Part shown: one piece after another, positions 28,044-37,717 of the stretch
Position numbering within the stretch: position 1 is the stretch's first letter
Layout: every line of letters begins with the position of its first letter
Source: an uncultured Actinomycetes bacterium
GTDB taxonomy: Bacteria; Actinomycetota; Thermoleophilia; Gaiellales; JAICJC01
Direction: 5' to 3'
Assembly: GCA_963703275.1 (NCBI GenBank)
Contig: OY969804.1
Span: 3,692,392-3,756,391 of the forward strand
Length of the DNA stretch: 64,000 nt
Program-made: the position numbers and the translations under genes
The notes under the pieces: model-generated
Seen by the model: only the letters and a program-made list of their open reading frames with translations
The model's database searches: none
What the model was told of the DNA's origin: nothing

Positions 28044-29216
28044 TCAGGCGGCGTCCGGCCGCAGCGAGCCCGCCGGCCGCTCCTTGCGCGGATCGACGAA
28101 CGGGATCGCGGCGGTGTGACCGGACACGGGTCCGTGCTCCGACTCGACATCGATGCGGTTGCCGGGGCCGGCCAGCCCGATCGGCACCTGGACGTACCCG
28201 ATGTTTCGACCGAGCCCGGGCGACCAGACGGCGTTCGTCACGCGGGCCACCGGCTGCCCATCGTGGCTCGCCGGCCAGCTGGTCGTGATGCCGGGGAAGG
28301 GCTCCTCGCGGTCGAACTCGATCCCGACGAGCTTTCGGTCGACGCCCTCGCCGCGGACGCGTTCGAGAGCCGCCTTGCCGATGTAGTCCTGCGGCTGCTC
28401 CTCGACGAGCCGCTCGAGCCCCATCACGTGGAACGGCGTATCGGCGAGCGTCATGTCGGAGCCCCAGTTGAAGATCCCCGCCTCGACCCGGCGGGCCTCG
28501 TTCGGGGCGATCGGGCGGATCGCAAACTCCTCGCCGGCGGCCATGATGGCATCCCAGAGCTCGCCTCCGCGGGTGCCGTCGAGCAGGTTCACCTCGAAGC
28601 CCGGCACCGCCGACCAGCCCGTGCGGCTGATGACGACCGGGATGTCGCCGATCTCGAACCGCTCGCACCAGTAGTAGCGGATGTCGTAGATGGCCTCGCC
28701 GACGAGCTTGGCCAGCGTCGCCGCGGCGTGCGGGCCCTGCACCTGCACGGGATGCACGTCCGGATAGGTGACCTCGGCGTCCAGGCCCGAGCTCGAGAGC
28801 ACCCCGAGCGCATAGAGGCCGGCGTCGCTATCGGCCAACTGCATCCACCACACGTTCTCGTCCACGTGGAGCAGGACGGGGTCGTTGACGATGCCCCCGC
28901 TCGGCGAGATGACGAGCATGTACTTGCCCTGCTTGACGGCGCAGCGGGTGAGGTCGCGGCAGGTCAGCATGTCGATCAGCCGGTCGGCGTCGGGGCCTGC
29001 GATCTGCACGGTCCGCTCGACGCCGACGTCCCACAGCGTGACGGCCTCGTTGAGCGCCCGGTACTCGTTCGCGACGTCGTCGTACTCGGCCGGCAGATAC
29101 ATCTTGTTGTAGATGTCGTACGCCTTGCAGCCGGCGCGGAGCGTCGATTCGAAGTACGGCGAGCGCCGGTACCAGGGGCCGAAATACAGCTTCGTCGTTG
29201 CGGGCAGGCCGGTCAC
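28044..29216 (-). CDS. GcvT-family aminomethyltransferase-like protein
   Basis: 390 aa. GcvT-like pattern (VTLWDVGVERTVQIAGPDA...RVEAGI). 5 nt upstream of the TMADH-like gene. Confidence 0.85.
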   Translation of the reverse strand: MTGLPATTKLYFGPWYRRSPYFESTLRAGCKAYDIYNKMYLPAEYDDVANEYRALNEAVTLWDVGVERTVQIAGPDADRLIDMLTCRDLTRCAVKQGKYMLVISPSGGIVNDPVLLHVDENVWWMQLADSDAGLYALGVLSSSGLDAEVTYPDVHPVQVQGPHAAATLAKLVGEAIYDIRYYWCERFEIGDIPVVISRTGWSAVPGFEVNLLDGTRGGELWDAIMAAGEEFAIRPIAPNEARRVEAGIFNWGSDMTLADTPFHVMGLERLVEEQPQDYIGKAALERVRGEGVDRKLVGIEFDREEPFPGITTSWPASHDGQPVARVTNAVWSPGLGRNIGYVQVPIGLAGPGNRIDVESEHGPVSGHTAAIPFVDPRKERPAGSLRPDAA

Positions 29217-29239
29217 GAAAACCTCCGGGTCGGAACACC

Positions 29240-29269
29240 AGGATCCTGACTGACTCGTCAGTCAGGATC
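29240..29269. promoter_or_regulatory. perfect 30-bp palindrome GGATCCTGACTGAC-TC-GTCAGTCAGGATCC
   Basis: 14-bp perfect arms read directly. Sits 24..53 nt upstream of the gcvT-like ATG and 35 nt downstream of the small LPXTG ORF. Confidence 0.5.
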
Positions 29270-29303
29270 CGAGCGTACCAGAGCCCCGACCGGCGCGCAG
29301 GCC

Positions 29304-29498
29304 TCAGGCGGTCGCGGTGCTGCGGCGGCCGCGGAGCACGAGCCCCGCGACGACGAGGAGCAGGCCGACGCCGGCAAAGGCCCCGGCATCGAAGCCGGTG
29401 AACGGCAGTGTCCCGCCGTTGTGAGCGGCCGCGGGCAGCGCGCCGCCGGGAGCGTGGGTGCCGTAGCCGTACTGGTGCTGTGCTGGGGTGCTGCTCAT
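29304..29498 (-). CDS. 64-aa protein consisting mainly of an LPXTG-type sorting signal
   Basis: LPFTG, then hydrophobic AFAGVGLLLVVAGLVL, then RGRR tail. GAAGGG 8 nt before the ATG. No N-terminal signal peptide. Confidence 0.45.
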   Translation of the reverse strand: MSSTPAQHQYGYGTHAPGGALPAAAHNGGTLPFTGFDAGAFAGVGLLLVVAGLVLRGRRSTATA

Positions 29499-29846
29499 GG
29501 GTATGCCCTTCGTCGCACACCGACGTGAACAGCGGGTTGCGCTGTTCGTGGCGGGATGTCTCGCCGATCACAAACCCGTCGGCGACGCAGGATGGTGGAT
29601 GACCGGGAAAGCCGACCCGTCACTCCGTGAAGTGCGCCCAACCCATGTGAGGGAGCCTGGTTTTGCCCCAAGCCGTGCGGCTTTCCACCCTCACGGTGGA
29701 CTCCTCAAGGGTACGTGTGTTCGGAGCTGCGCGCTACCCCGGCGCGCTCCGGGGGAAGAGAACCGCCGCCTCCGCCGTCGAGTGGAAAACGCGCACACCG
29801 CGCCCCGGGATGAGACACTCCGCGAGAACGCGAGGAGGGAACCCCG

Positions 29847-30239
29847 ATGACCTCAAGAGTGAACAAGCACCTCAAGCTCAGCGCCGACGGGAGAACCGTC
29901 CATGTGGTCGGCCCGATCGTGACCTGGGAGGGGGACGAGCGCAGCGCCGTCTTCTCGGTCGAGATCACCCAGCCGCCCAACGGCGCCGCGGTGGCCGCCA
30001 GGGGCCGGTCGGCGCAGACCTACCGCCCGAGCAACAGCTCGTGGAAGGCGAACGCCCGTGTCGGCGACGGCCCGCCGCTGCACGTCGGCCCGGCGCTGGC
30101 GACGGCGACAGCGACGATCACGCTCGCAAACGGGAAGACCGAGCCCTACGTCTGGCCGGTCCGCGTGACGCTCGTCCACCACCTTGCGGCGGCGGCCGGC
30201 GCGACCGACGCCGCCGAGCCGATCGGCACGACGCACTAG
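29847..30239 (+). CDS. hypothetical protein
   Basis: GAGGAGGG SD before the ATG. 130 aa with no recognisable motif. Confidence 0.55.
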   Translation: MTSRVNKHLKLSADGRTVHVVGPIVTWEGDERSAVFSVEITQPPNGAAVAARGRSAQTYRPSNSSWKANARVGDGPPLHVGPALATATATITLANGKTEPYVWPVRVTLVHHLAAAAGATDAAEPIGTTH

Positions 30240-30254
30240 ACGTACAATTCACGC

Positions 30255-30638
30255 GTGACGGCTGCGCATCCCGACCGCCGCATGGTCGACCATCGCTTCG
30301 CCGCGCTCTACATCCGGCTGGTCTGTGGGTTGGGAGTCGTCTGGATCGGCGGCTGGGTCGCGCTCCTGCTCGACGGTCACGGAGACGGCATCGCAGCGCT
30401 CATCGTGCTCGTCGGTTCGGCAGCGCTTGGGGGGCAACGGGCGGGAGCCGGCGTCTCTGGCTTCGTGCTCCTGGAGGTGGCGCTTCTGGTGGCGCTCGCC
30501 ATCCAGGTGCCGCTGCTCCTCTACGTGTGGGCTGACCTCGGGCGGCTCACACTGATCGCGGCCGCAGCCCTTCAGGCGCCGTTCGCGCTTGTCGCCACGC
30601 TCATTGCGCGCAGGCGTGGTCTCAGCGCAGCCGGCTGA
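30255..30638 (+). CDS. hypothetical membrane protein
   Basis: 127 aa with 3-4 hydrophobic segments. Confidence 0.5.
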   Translation: MTAAHPDRRMVDHRFAALYIRLVCGLGVVWIGGWVALLLDGHGDGIAALIVLVGSAALGGQRAGAGVSGFVLLEVALLVALAIQVPLLLYVWADLGRLTLIAAAALQAPFALVATLIARRRGLSAAG

Positions 30639-31500
30639 TCGCGACACCGCATAGGCAGAGCGCTCCTCCGGCGAACGCGAGTGCGGGAGGAGCCTCGGCC
30701 AGGATGATCCATCCCAGCAGGATCGAGAGCGGCGGCACCATGTAGGTGCTCACGCCGAGCCGGCCGGCGTCGGTTCGGGCGAGAGCGTACGCCCATGTGG
30801 TGAAGGCCACCGACGTCGGAAACACGCCGAGGTAGATGACCCACGCGACGCTCCTCGTCGGTGCGTGGGCGAGCTCGTGTGCGAGCGACGGCGCGAACGG
30901 CAGGCACGCCGCGGCGCCGACGGCGCAGCAGAGGAACGTGGTCTGCAGCGCCGTGACGCGGCGCAGCACGACCTTCTGGGCGACGACACCGCCCGCGTAC
31001 GCGGCCGCCGCGACCAGGCAGAGCAGCGGGCCGGTGCCGAACGCGATGCCGGAGCGGGTGGTCGCAAGACCGATCACGGCGACACCGGTGAACGCGACCG
31101 CGCAGCCGGCGACCAGCGGGCGCGGGAACCCCTCGCCGAGCAGCAGTCCGGCGAGAATTGCAACCAGGATCGGGCCGACGTTCACGAGCATCGCGGCCGT
31201 GCCGGCATCGACGCGCTGTTCCGCGGCATTGAGCGCGACGTTGTAGAGGCCAAACCACAGCAGGCCGCAAACGCAGATCAGGGGGACGTCACGCCGCTGC
31301 GGGAGCGGCTCGCGGCGCGCGAGCGCGAGCACCCCCAGCACCAGGCAGCCCACGAGCAGGCGGCCGAGCGCGAGCGGCCCGGCGGCGAAGTGGGTACCCG
31401 CCGCCCTGATGCCGACGAACGCCGATGCCCACAGCGTGACGGTCACCGCGACCGCCGCCGCGGTGACGAGCCCTGCAGGGCGGGACTTGACGGCCGTCAT
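30622..31500 (-). CDS. DMT superfamily (EamA-like) transporter
   Basis: 292 aa, about 10 TM segments in a duplicated EamA-like pattern. Confidence 0.85.
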   Translation of the reverse strand: MTAVKSRPAGLVTAAAVAVTVTLWASAFVGIRAAGTHFAAGPLALGRLLVGCLVLGVLALARREPLPQRRDVPLICVCGLLWFGLYNVALNAAEQRVDAGTAAMLVNVGPILVAILAGLLLGEGFPRPLVAGCAVAFTGVAVIGLATTRSGIAFGTGPLLCLVAAAAYAGGVVAQKVVLRRVTALQTTFLCCAVGAAACLPFAPSLAHELAHAPTRSVAWVIYLGVFPTSVAFTTWAYALARTDAGRLGVSTYMVPPLSILLGWIILAEAPPALAFAGGALCLCGVAISRLR

Positions 31501-31518
31501 CCGCCAATCTTGCCAGCC

Positions 31519-32373
31519 TCACCCTTCGGCGCCCGCCGAAGGCTCGGCGGCGGCTTGCGCCCAGTCCTTCCGAAGCTGAAGCGCGTGGTTCTGGTACCAG
31601 ATGACGAAGACCAGGCTCACCAGCGCCCAGAGCACGAGACCGTCGACGAGCCACCGGTTCAGGTCGAGATGGAAGCTCTGATACGCGCCGATCGCGAGCA
31701 CCGCCCCGACCACGCAGGCGAGCGCGTCGATCAGCCACAGGTGCCGGGGGACGCCCTTGGGGGGATACGCCCCGTCGGAGAGGACGGCGACTCGGAACGC
31801 CGCGTGCTCCGCGTCGTACACGCTCAGACTCCAGAACAGGTCGCGCTTGTCCGCGAACGCCAGCACCCCCAGCATGGCTGACGCGGCGAGCAGAGCCAGA
31901 GCCGCAGATCCAAGGCCGTAGCCGATCTCCCAGAGCACTGAGGAGGAGGCCCCCGTCCGGTTCAGGGCGGTGCCGACCAGCGCGGCGATCGCGCCCAGGG
32001 TGAGACCGCCCGGCAGGTGGATCGTGGTCAGCGTCGCCAGCGCCGGATTGTGGGAGAGGGTGGCGTCGAGCTGCGCGCAGCGGGCATCCGACTCGCGCAG
32101 CCGCCCGGGGTCTCCTCCATCGGCGTCGAACGCCGGCAGCACCGCAAACCGCGCGTTCGCCCGGCGGATCTCCTGCAGGTGATCGCTGATCGCCGCCTGG
32201 GTGTAGAAGCGGGTGAACTCGGGTCGTGCCAGCCACCGCCGCAGCATCCCACCGTGCACGGGTGGGTGATCAACCGCGATCAGCGCGCAGACGTAGCGCT
32301 CGAGCAGATGCTCGCGCGCCGCCACCACCTCGTGCGGTCTTGGGGGCGATCCGTCGTACGGCCGGCTGGACAC
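31519..32373 (-). CDS. hypothetical membrane protein (soluble N-domain + ~4 TM)
   Basis: 284-aa GC3-rich ORF, divergent from the PadR gene. Confidence 0.6.
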   Translation of the reverse strand: MSSRPYDGSPPRPHEVVAAREHLLERYVCALIAVDHPPVHGGMLRRWLARPEFTRFYTQAAISDHLQEIRRANARFAVLPAFDADGGDPGRLRESDARCAQLDATLSHNPALATLTTIHLPGGLTLGAIAALVGTALNRTGASSSVLWEIGYGLGSAALALLAASAMLGVLAFADKRDLFWSLSVYDAEHAAFRVAVLSDGAYPPKGVPRHLWLIDALACVVGAVLAIGAYQSFHLDLNRWLVDGLVLWALVSLVFVIWYQNHALQLRKDWAQAAAEPSAGAEG

Positions 32374-32415
32374 TGTCGCGCGATCCTAACGCCCCGATCC
32401 CCTCGCATCGGCGAC

Positions 32416-32444
32416 TTGACGAATACATCGTCAGGATATATCTT
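32416..32444 (+). promoter_or_regulatory. candidate promoter TTGACG-N17-TATCTT giving a leaderless PadR transcript
   Basis: The hexamers were read directly. The ATG lies 8 nt after the -10 box, and no SD is present. The region also contains GACGA-N5-TCGTC and GATATATC palindromes. Confidence 0.35.
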
Positions 32445-32452
32445 CTCGGTAT

Positions 32453-32977
32453 ATGGAACCGACCGCCGTGACCTGGGTGGTGCTGGGGCTGATCGCGGAC
32501 AAGCCCCGCAGCGGGTATGACATCAAGCGCATCGTCGATCGGACGATCCGCCACTTCTGGGCTGCGAGCTACGGCCAGATCTACCCCGAGCTGAAGCGGC
32601 TCGAGGAGGCCGGGTGGATCGTCGGCGGCAAGGCTCCCCGAGGGGGTCGCGCGCGCACGGTCTACCGGATCACCCCGACCGGGAGCGACGCGCTGCGCGA
32701 GTGGTCCGGCGGTCGCGACACGCGGGTCGAGCTGCGCGACGAGTCGCTTCTGCGCCTGTTCTTCGCCGACACGCTCCCGCGCGACCAGGCCATGGGCCTG
32801 CTCGCCGCGCGGCGTGAGGGCTACCGCCAGATGCTCGACTATCTGGAGGACCTTGACGACGGGACCGGGCCGGACCCGCCGTTCGTCGACCTGGTCTACC
32901 GGTGGGGCCTCGACCACTGCCGGTGGGGGATCGAGTGGTGCGACCGGCAGGAGCGGCGCCTGCGGAAGGCGGCATGA
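32453..32977 (+). CDS. PadR-family transcriptional regulator
   Basis: WVVLGLIADKPRSGYDIKR...YGQIYPELKRLEEAGWI...YRITPTG. Confidence 0.9.
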   Translation: MEPTAVTWVVLGLIADKPRSGYDIKRIVDRTIRHFWAASYGQIYPELKRLEEAGWIVGGKAPRGGRARTVYRITPTGSDALREWSGGRDTRVELRDESLLRLFFADTLPRDQAMGLLAARREGYRQMLDYLEDLDDGTGPDPPFVDLVYRWGLDHCRWGIEWCDRQERRLRKAA

Positions 32978-33630
32978 GCGAGCTCCCGGAGCCGACGTGG
33001 CGCATGCTGCTTGCCCGCGGGCTCCCGACCTTCGCGCTCGAGGGATTCGTCCCCGTGCTCGCGTTCTACACGGCGTGGCACGCGGCCGGTCTGGCCGCGG
33101 GCATCGTGGCGTCGACGGCCGCGGCGGCCCTGGTCGTGCTGATCCAGCTGCGGCGCGGCTGCGATGTCGCACTCGCCGCGGCGACCGGCGTCTTCATCGC
33201 CATCCAGGCGGTGGTCGCACTCGCAGCGCACAGCGCGACCGTGTACCTGGCACAGCCGGTCCTGCTCACCGCCTGCTGGGGCGTCGCCTACCTCACCTCC
33301 GCCGCGATCGGCCGGCCCCTGGTCGGCGCGTTCGCGCGCGGGTGGTATCCCTTCCCGCCCGAGTTTCGGGCGAGCCAGACCTACCGGCGCGAGTTCGGCA
33401 TGCAGTCCATCGTCTGGGGCGTCTACTGCCTGACGACGGCGGCGCTGCGGATCGCCGTTCTGCTCACCGTGGGCGTGGGTAGCCTCGTCGTCGTCTCGTT
33501 CGTGACCAGCACGCCCGTCCTGCTCGCCCTGGTGCTGTGGTGCGTGTGGCACGCCCGGCGCACGTTCACCTACCAACAGCCGAGGTCGATCCCGGTCGCC
33601 GAGGCCGGGTCGATGCAGCTGCGCAGGTAG
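32974..33630 (+). CDS. multi-pass membrane protein coupled to PadR
   Basis: ATGA overlap with the PadR stop. About 6 TM segments. Confidence 0.7.
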   Translation: MSELPEPTWRMLLARGLPTFALEGFVPVLAFYTAWHAAGLAAGIVASTAAAALVVLIQLRRGCDVALAAATGVFIAIQAVVALAAHSATVYLAQPVLLTACWGVAYLTSAAIGRPLVGAFARGWYPFPPEFRASQTYRREFGMQSIVWGVYCLTTAALRIAVLLTVGVGSLVVVSFVTSTPVLLALVLWCVWHARRTFTYQQPRSIPVAEAGSMQLRR

Positions 33631-34772
33631 AGCGCGACGCCCGGATCGCCGGTCCAGAGCGAATGGCGTCCCCGCCCGTGCTCGGCGCGCGCGCGTTGCA
33701 CCTGGTCGGCGGCGTGCATCGCGAAGCGCCGCGCCCGCTCGAGCCAGAGCTCGTCGCCCGTGCGGCGCAGCAGCGCCAGAAAGGCGAGGCCGTTCCCGGC
33801 GGTGCCGTGGCAGAGCGTCGGCCCCTTGCGCAGCGGGCCCGCCTCCCAGGCCAGCTCGCCGCCGGCCACCAGCAGTCGTGTGAAGGCCTCGTTGTCGGGC
33901 GCGACTCCGGCCAGCGTCGCCACCATGCCGGGCGCGCCGTGGCACCACTGCGTGCGGATCTCAGCCGGCCCGCGCACGGGCAGGCCGCCACCCGCGATGG
34001 GCTCCCAGTTGGCCCGCCCGCCCTCCACGAACGCGGTGGCGGTGGCCGCCCGCACCGCGTCGTGCTCGAGCTCGCGGGCGCGTCCGGCTCCCAGCAGGTC
34101 GGGCCGCTGCGCGAGGGCGGCGATGCACCCCGCCATGCCGTGGGCGGGGCCCACGTACCGCGCGACGTGCCCGTAGAGGTGCTGGGTCCAGATCCGGTAG
34201 CCGAGTGCGTCGTCGTGCACCCACGCGTCCCACACCGCGTCAGCCAGCCGGCGCCAGACCACCCCGAAGCGTTCCTCGCCGGTGCGGTGAAGGAGTGCGG
34301 CCGCCACCAGCATCGAGCCCGGTGCGCCCCACATCACCTCGACCGCGGGGTTCTCGGCGTTCTCGTCGAGCAGGGCGTGCAGCAGGTCGCGGCGGGCGGG
34401 GTCGGGCGCCAATCGCTCGGCGACCGCGAGGATGCCAGCCCGGCCAAGCCAGAGCCCCGGCGCCGGCGGGCCGGAATCGGGACGCGCCAGGTAGCGCTCG
34501 TCCAGCCCGTCCGCGATCGCCGCGAAGTCGCGCTGCGAGCCGAGCTCGGCCAGCGCCCAGATGACCCCGGCGGCGCCCATGTAGAGCCCGGTGTACGACC
34601 GCTCCGCATCCTCGTCGTCGTCCCAGTCGAGCGGGTGCAGCGTCCACAGTCGGGCGCGGTCGAAGGCCTGCTCCGCATCGGCGACGATCGCGGCGATCGC
34701 GGCCCGGGCGCGACCCTCGTCCCACGCCCGGTCGACCAGCGGCTCGTGTTGCTCAGGCGAAAACAGGGCCAC
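33570..34772 (-). CDS. LanC-like (lanthionine synthetase C-like) protein, stand-alone
   Basis: Motifs GPAHGMAG, WCHGAPG and LCHGTAGN lie in the expected order. No precursor, dehydratase or kinase gene is adjacent. Confidence 0.85.
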   Translation of the reverse strand: MALFSPEQHEPLVDRAWDEGRARAAIAAIVADAEQAFDRARLWTLHPLDWDDDEDAERSYTGLYMGAAGVIWALAELGSQRDFAAIADGLDERYLARPDSGPPAPGLWLGRAGILAVAERLAPDPARRDLLHALLDENAENPAVEVMWGAPGSMLVAAALLHRTGEERFGVVWRRLADAVWDAWVHDDALGYRIWTQHLYGHVARYVGPAHGMAGCIAALAQRPDLLGAGRARELEHDAVRAATATAFVEGGRANWEPIAGGGLPVRGPAEIRTQWCHGAPGMVATLAGVAPDNEAFTRLLVAGGELAWEAGPLRKGPTLCHGTAGNGLAFLALLRRTGDELWLERARRFAMHAADQVQRARAEHGRGRHSLWTGDPGVALYLRSCIDPASATGIDLGCW

Positions 34773-35661
34773 GGCGCCACTCTATCGAGGTGGCGAATCC
34801 GAGGAACTCCGTTGCCACCTGCCGCGACGGGCCGACCGAGGAGCGCATGATGTACCAGTCGCGCGGCGGCGGTGCCGAGGCGACCGTGATCGTGCCGACC
34901 AGTCCGGCGTCGAGCTCGGTGGCCACCGCCGCGCGCGAGACGAACGACACGCCGAGGCCGGCGCGGGCGGCCTGCTTGATCGCGCCGTTTGAGCCCAGGG
35001 TCATCGTCTGGACGTCGATCCCGACGCTCGCGATGAACTCCTCGTTGACGGCGCGCGTACCCGACCCCGGCTCGCGCAAGAGCCAGCGCCGGCCGGCGAG
35101 CCTCGCCGCCGAGACCGTCTTGCCTCCGGCGAGCGGGTCGTCGGGCGCGGTGATCAGCATGAGCTCGTTCGCAAGGATCGGGTGCGCCTCGATGCGCTCC
35201 TGCGGCGGCGGGCGGCCGCCGATGGCCAGGTCGGCCTCGTGGTTCTGGATCACGGCCAGGACGTGGTCGCGGTTGCCGACGTCGAGGGCCAGGCCGATCT
35301 GCGGATGCGCGGTTGCGAACGCCCGCATGAGCGGGGGCACGAACGATTCGGCGGCCGTCGTGACCGCGGCGATCGTCAGCGTGAGCGCGCCGCGCGCCTC
35401 GGCGTCACGGGCGGCATGCCGGCCCTGCTCGAGCAGGCCGATGACGTCGGCCGCGTACGCGGCGAACTCGCGTCCGGCCGGGGTCGGCCGCACTCCGCGG
35501 CCCGCCCGCTCGAGCAGGCTCACGCCCACCTCGCGCGAGAGCGCGGCGACGGCGGCTGAGATCGCCGGCTGGGTCACGACCAGCTCGTCGGCGGCGGCCG
35601 TCACCGAGCCGCCGTTCACGACCGCGAGGAAGCTGCGCAGCTGGGTCAGCGTGATCGACAC
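34753..35661 (-). CDS. cbbR: LysR-family regulator, CbbR-type by position
   Basis: HTH LTQLRSFLAVVNGGSVTAAADELVVTQPAIS. Divergent from cbbL. Confidence 0.88.
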   Translation of the reverse strand: MSITLTQLRSFLAVVNGGSVTAAADELVVTQPAISAAVAALSREVGVSLLERAGRGVRPTPAGREFAAYAADVIGLLEQGRHAARDAEARGALTLTIAAVTTAAESFVPPLMRAFATAHPQIGLALDVGNRDHVLAVIQNHEADLAIGGRPPPQERIEAHPILANELMLITAPDDPLAGGKTVSAARLAGRRWLLREPGSGTRAVNEEFIASVGIDVQTMTLGSNGAIKQAARAGLGVSFVSRAAVATELDAGLVGTITVASAPPPRDWYIMRSSVGPSRQVATEFLGFATSIEWRRGPVFA

Positions 35662-35674
35662 CGTGGCTCAAAGC

Positions 35675-35690
35675 ATAACCGATCACTTAT
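35675..35690. promoter_or_regulatory. ATAA-N8-TTAT dyad in the cbbR-cbbL intergenic region (candidate LysR/CbbR box)
   Basis: ATAACCGATCACTTAT read directly, 14 nt from the cbbR start. Confidence 0.3.
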
Positions 35691-35737
35691 CTCTCATCGT
35701 CAAAGTTTCATTGGACGGCTCTGACTACCGCTCGTAG

Positions 35738-37231
<1,494 letters not shown>

Positions 37232-37252
37232 CCATCCATCGAGGAGATCAGG

Positions 37253-37717
37253 ATGCGAATCACGCAGGGAACGTTCTCCCACCTTCCCGACCTGACCGAC
37301 GACGAGATCGAGGCGCAGCTGCGCTACGCCCTGCGCAACGGCTGGGCGATCATGGTCGAGCACACCGATGACCCGCATCCGCGCAACTCGCTGTGGGAGA
37401 TGTGGGGCCAACCGCTGTTCGAGCTGGCCGAGGACGAGGTCGTGATCGCCCTGCGCGAGGTGCGGGCCGCCCGCGAGGCCTGCCCGCACGAGTACGTCAA
37501 GGTCGTCGCCTACGACCGCTCGCTGGGCCGCCAGACCACCGCCCTCGCCTTCATCGTGGGCCGGCCCGCGTTCGAGCCCGGCTTCCGGCTCGAGCGGCAG
37601 GAGAAGGCCGACCGCCAGATCCGTTACACGCTGCATCCGTACGCGGCCGACGTTCCGGCCGGCATGCGCTACCGCGCGACCGGCACCGCGACCGGCAACG
37701 GAGCGCCCGCCCGGTGA
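37253..37717 (+). CDS. cbbS: RuBisCO small subunit
   Basis: [19 protein letters not shown]...YVKVVAYD, with a C-terminal extension. Confidence 0.95.
   Translation: MRITQGTFSHLPDLTDDEIEAQLRYALRNGWAIMVEHTDDPHPRNSLWEMWGQPLFELAEDEVVIALREVRAAREACPHEYVKVVAYDRSLGRQTTALAFIVGRPAFEPGFRLERQEKADRQIRYTLHPYAADVPAGMRYRATGTATGNGAPAR

Noticed and set aside
25255-28119. 954-aa plus-strand ORF
   Set aside because: It is antisense shadow of dyp and the TMADH-like gene, with Arg/Asp/Pro/His-rich low-complexity translation and no motifs. Such shadows are expected in very GC-rich DNA.
29240-29269. The 30-bp palindrome as an intrinsic terminator of the LPXTG mini-ORF
   Set aside because: The spacer is only 2 nt and no U-tract follows on the minus strand. 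An operator or leader role fits better, though a terminator role cannot be fully excluded.
29217-29303. Glycine riboswitch upstream of the gcvT-like gene
   Set aside because: Only 87 nt are available, and they are dominated by the 30-bp palindrome. I see none of the conserved glycine-riboswitch core elements. The gene is also more likely a demethylase-type GcvT paralogue.
33570-33630. 61-nt convergent overlap of the PadR-linked membrane protein and LanC-like genes as a regulatory antisense feature
   Set aside because: Both ends are fixed by stop codons. Such overlaps occur by chance in GC-rich genomes with few stop codons, and nothing else supports a function.
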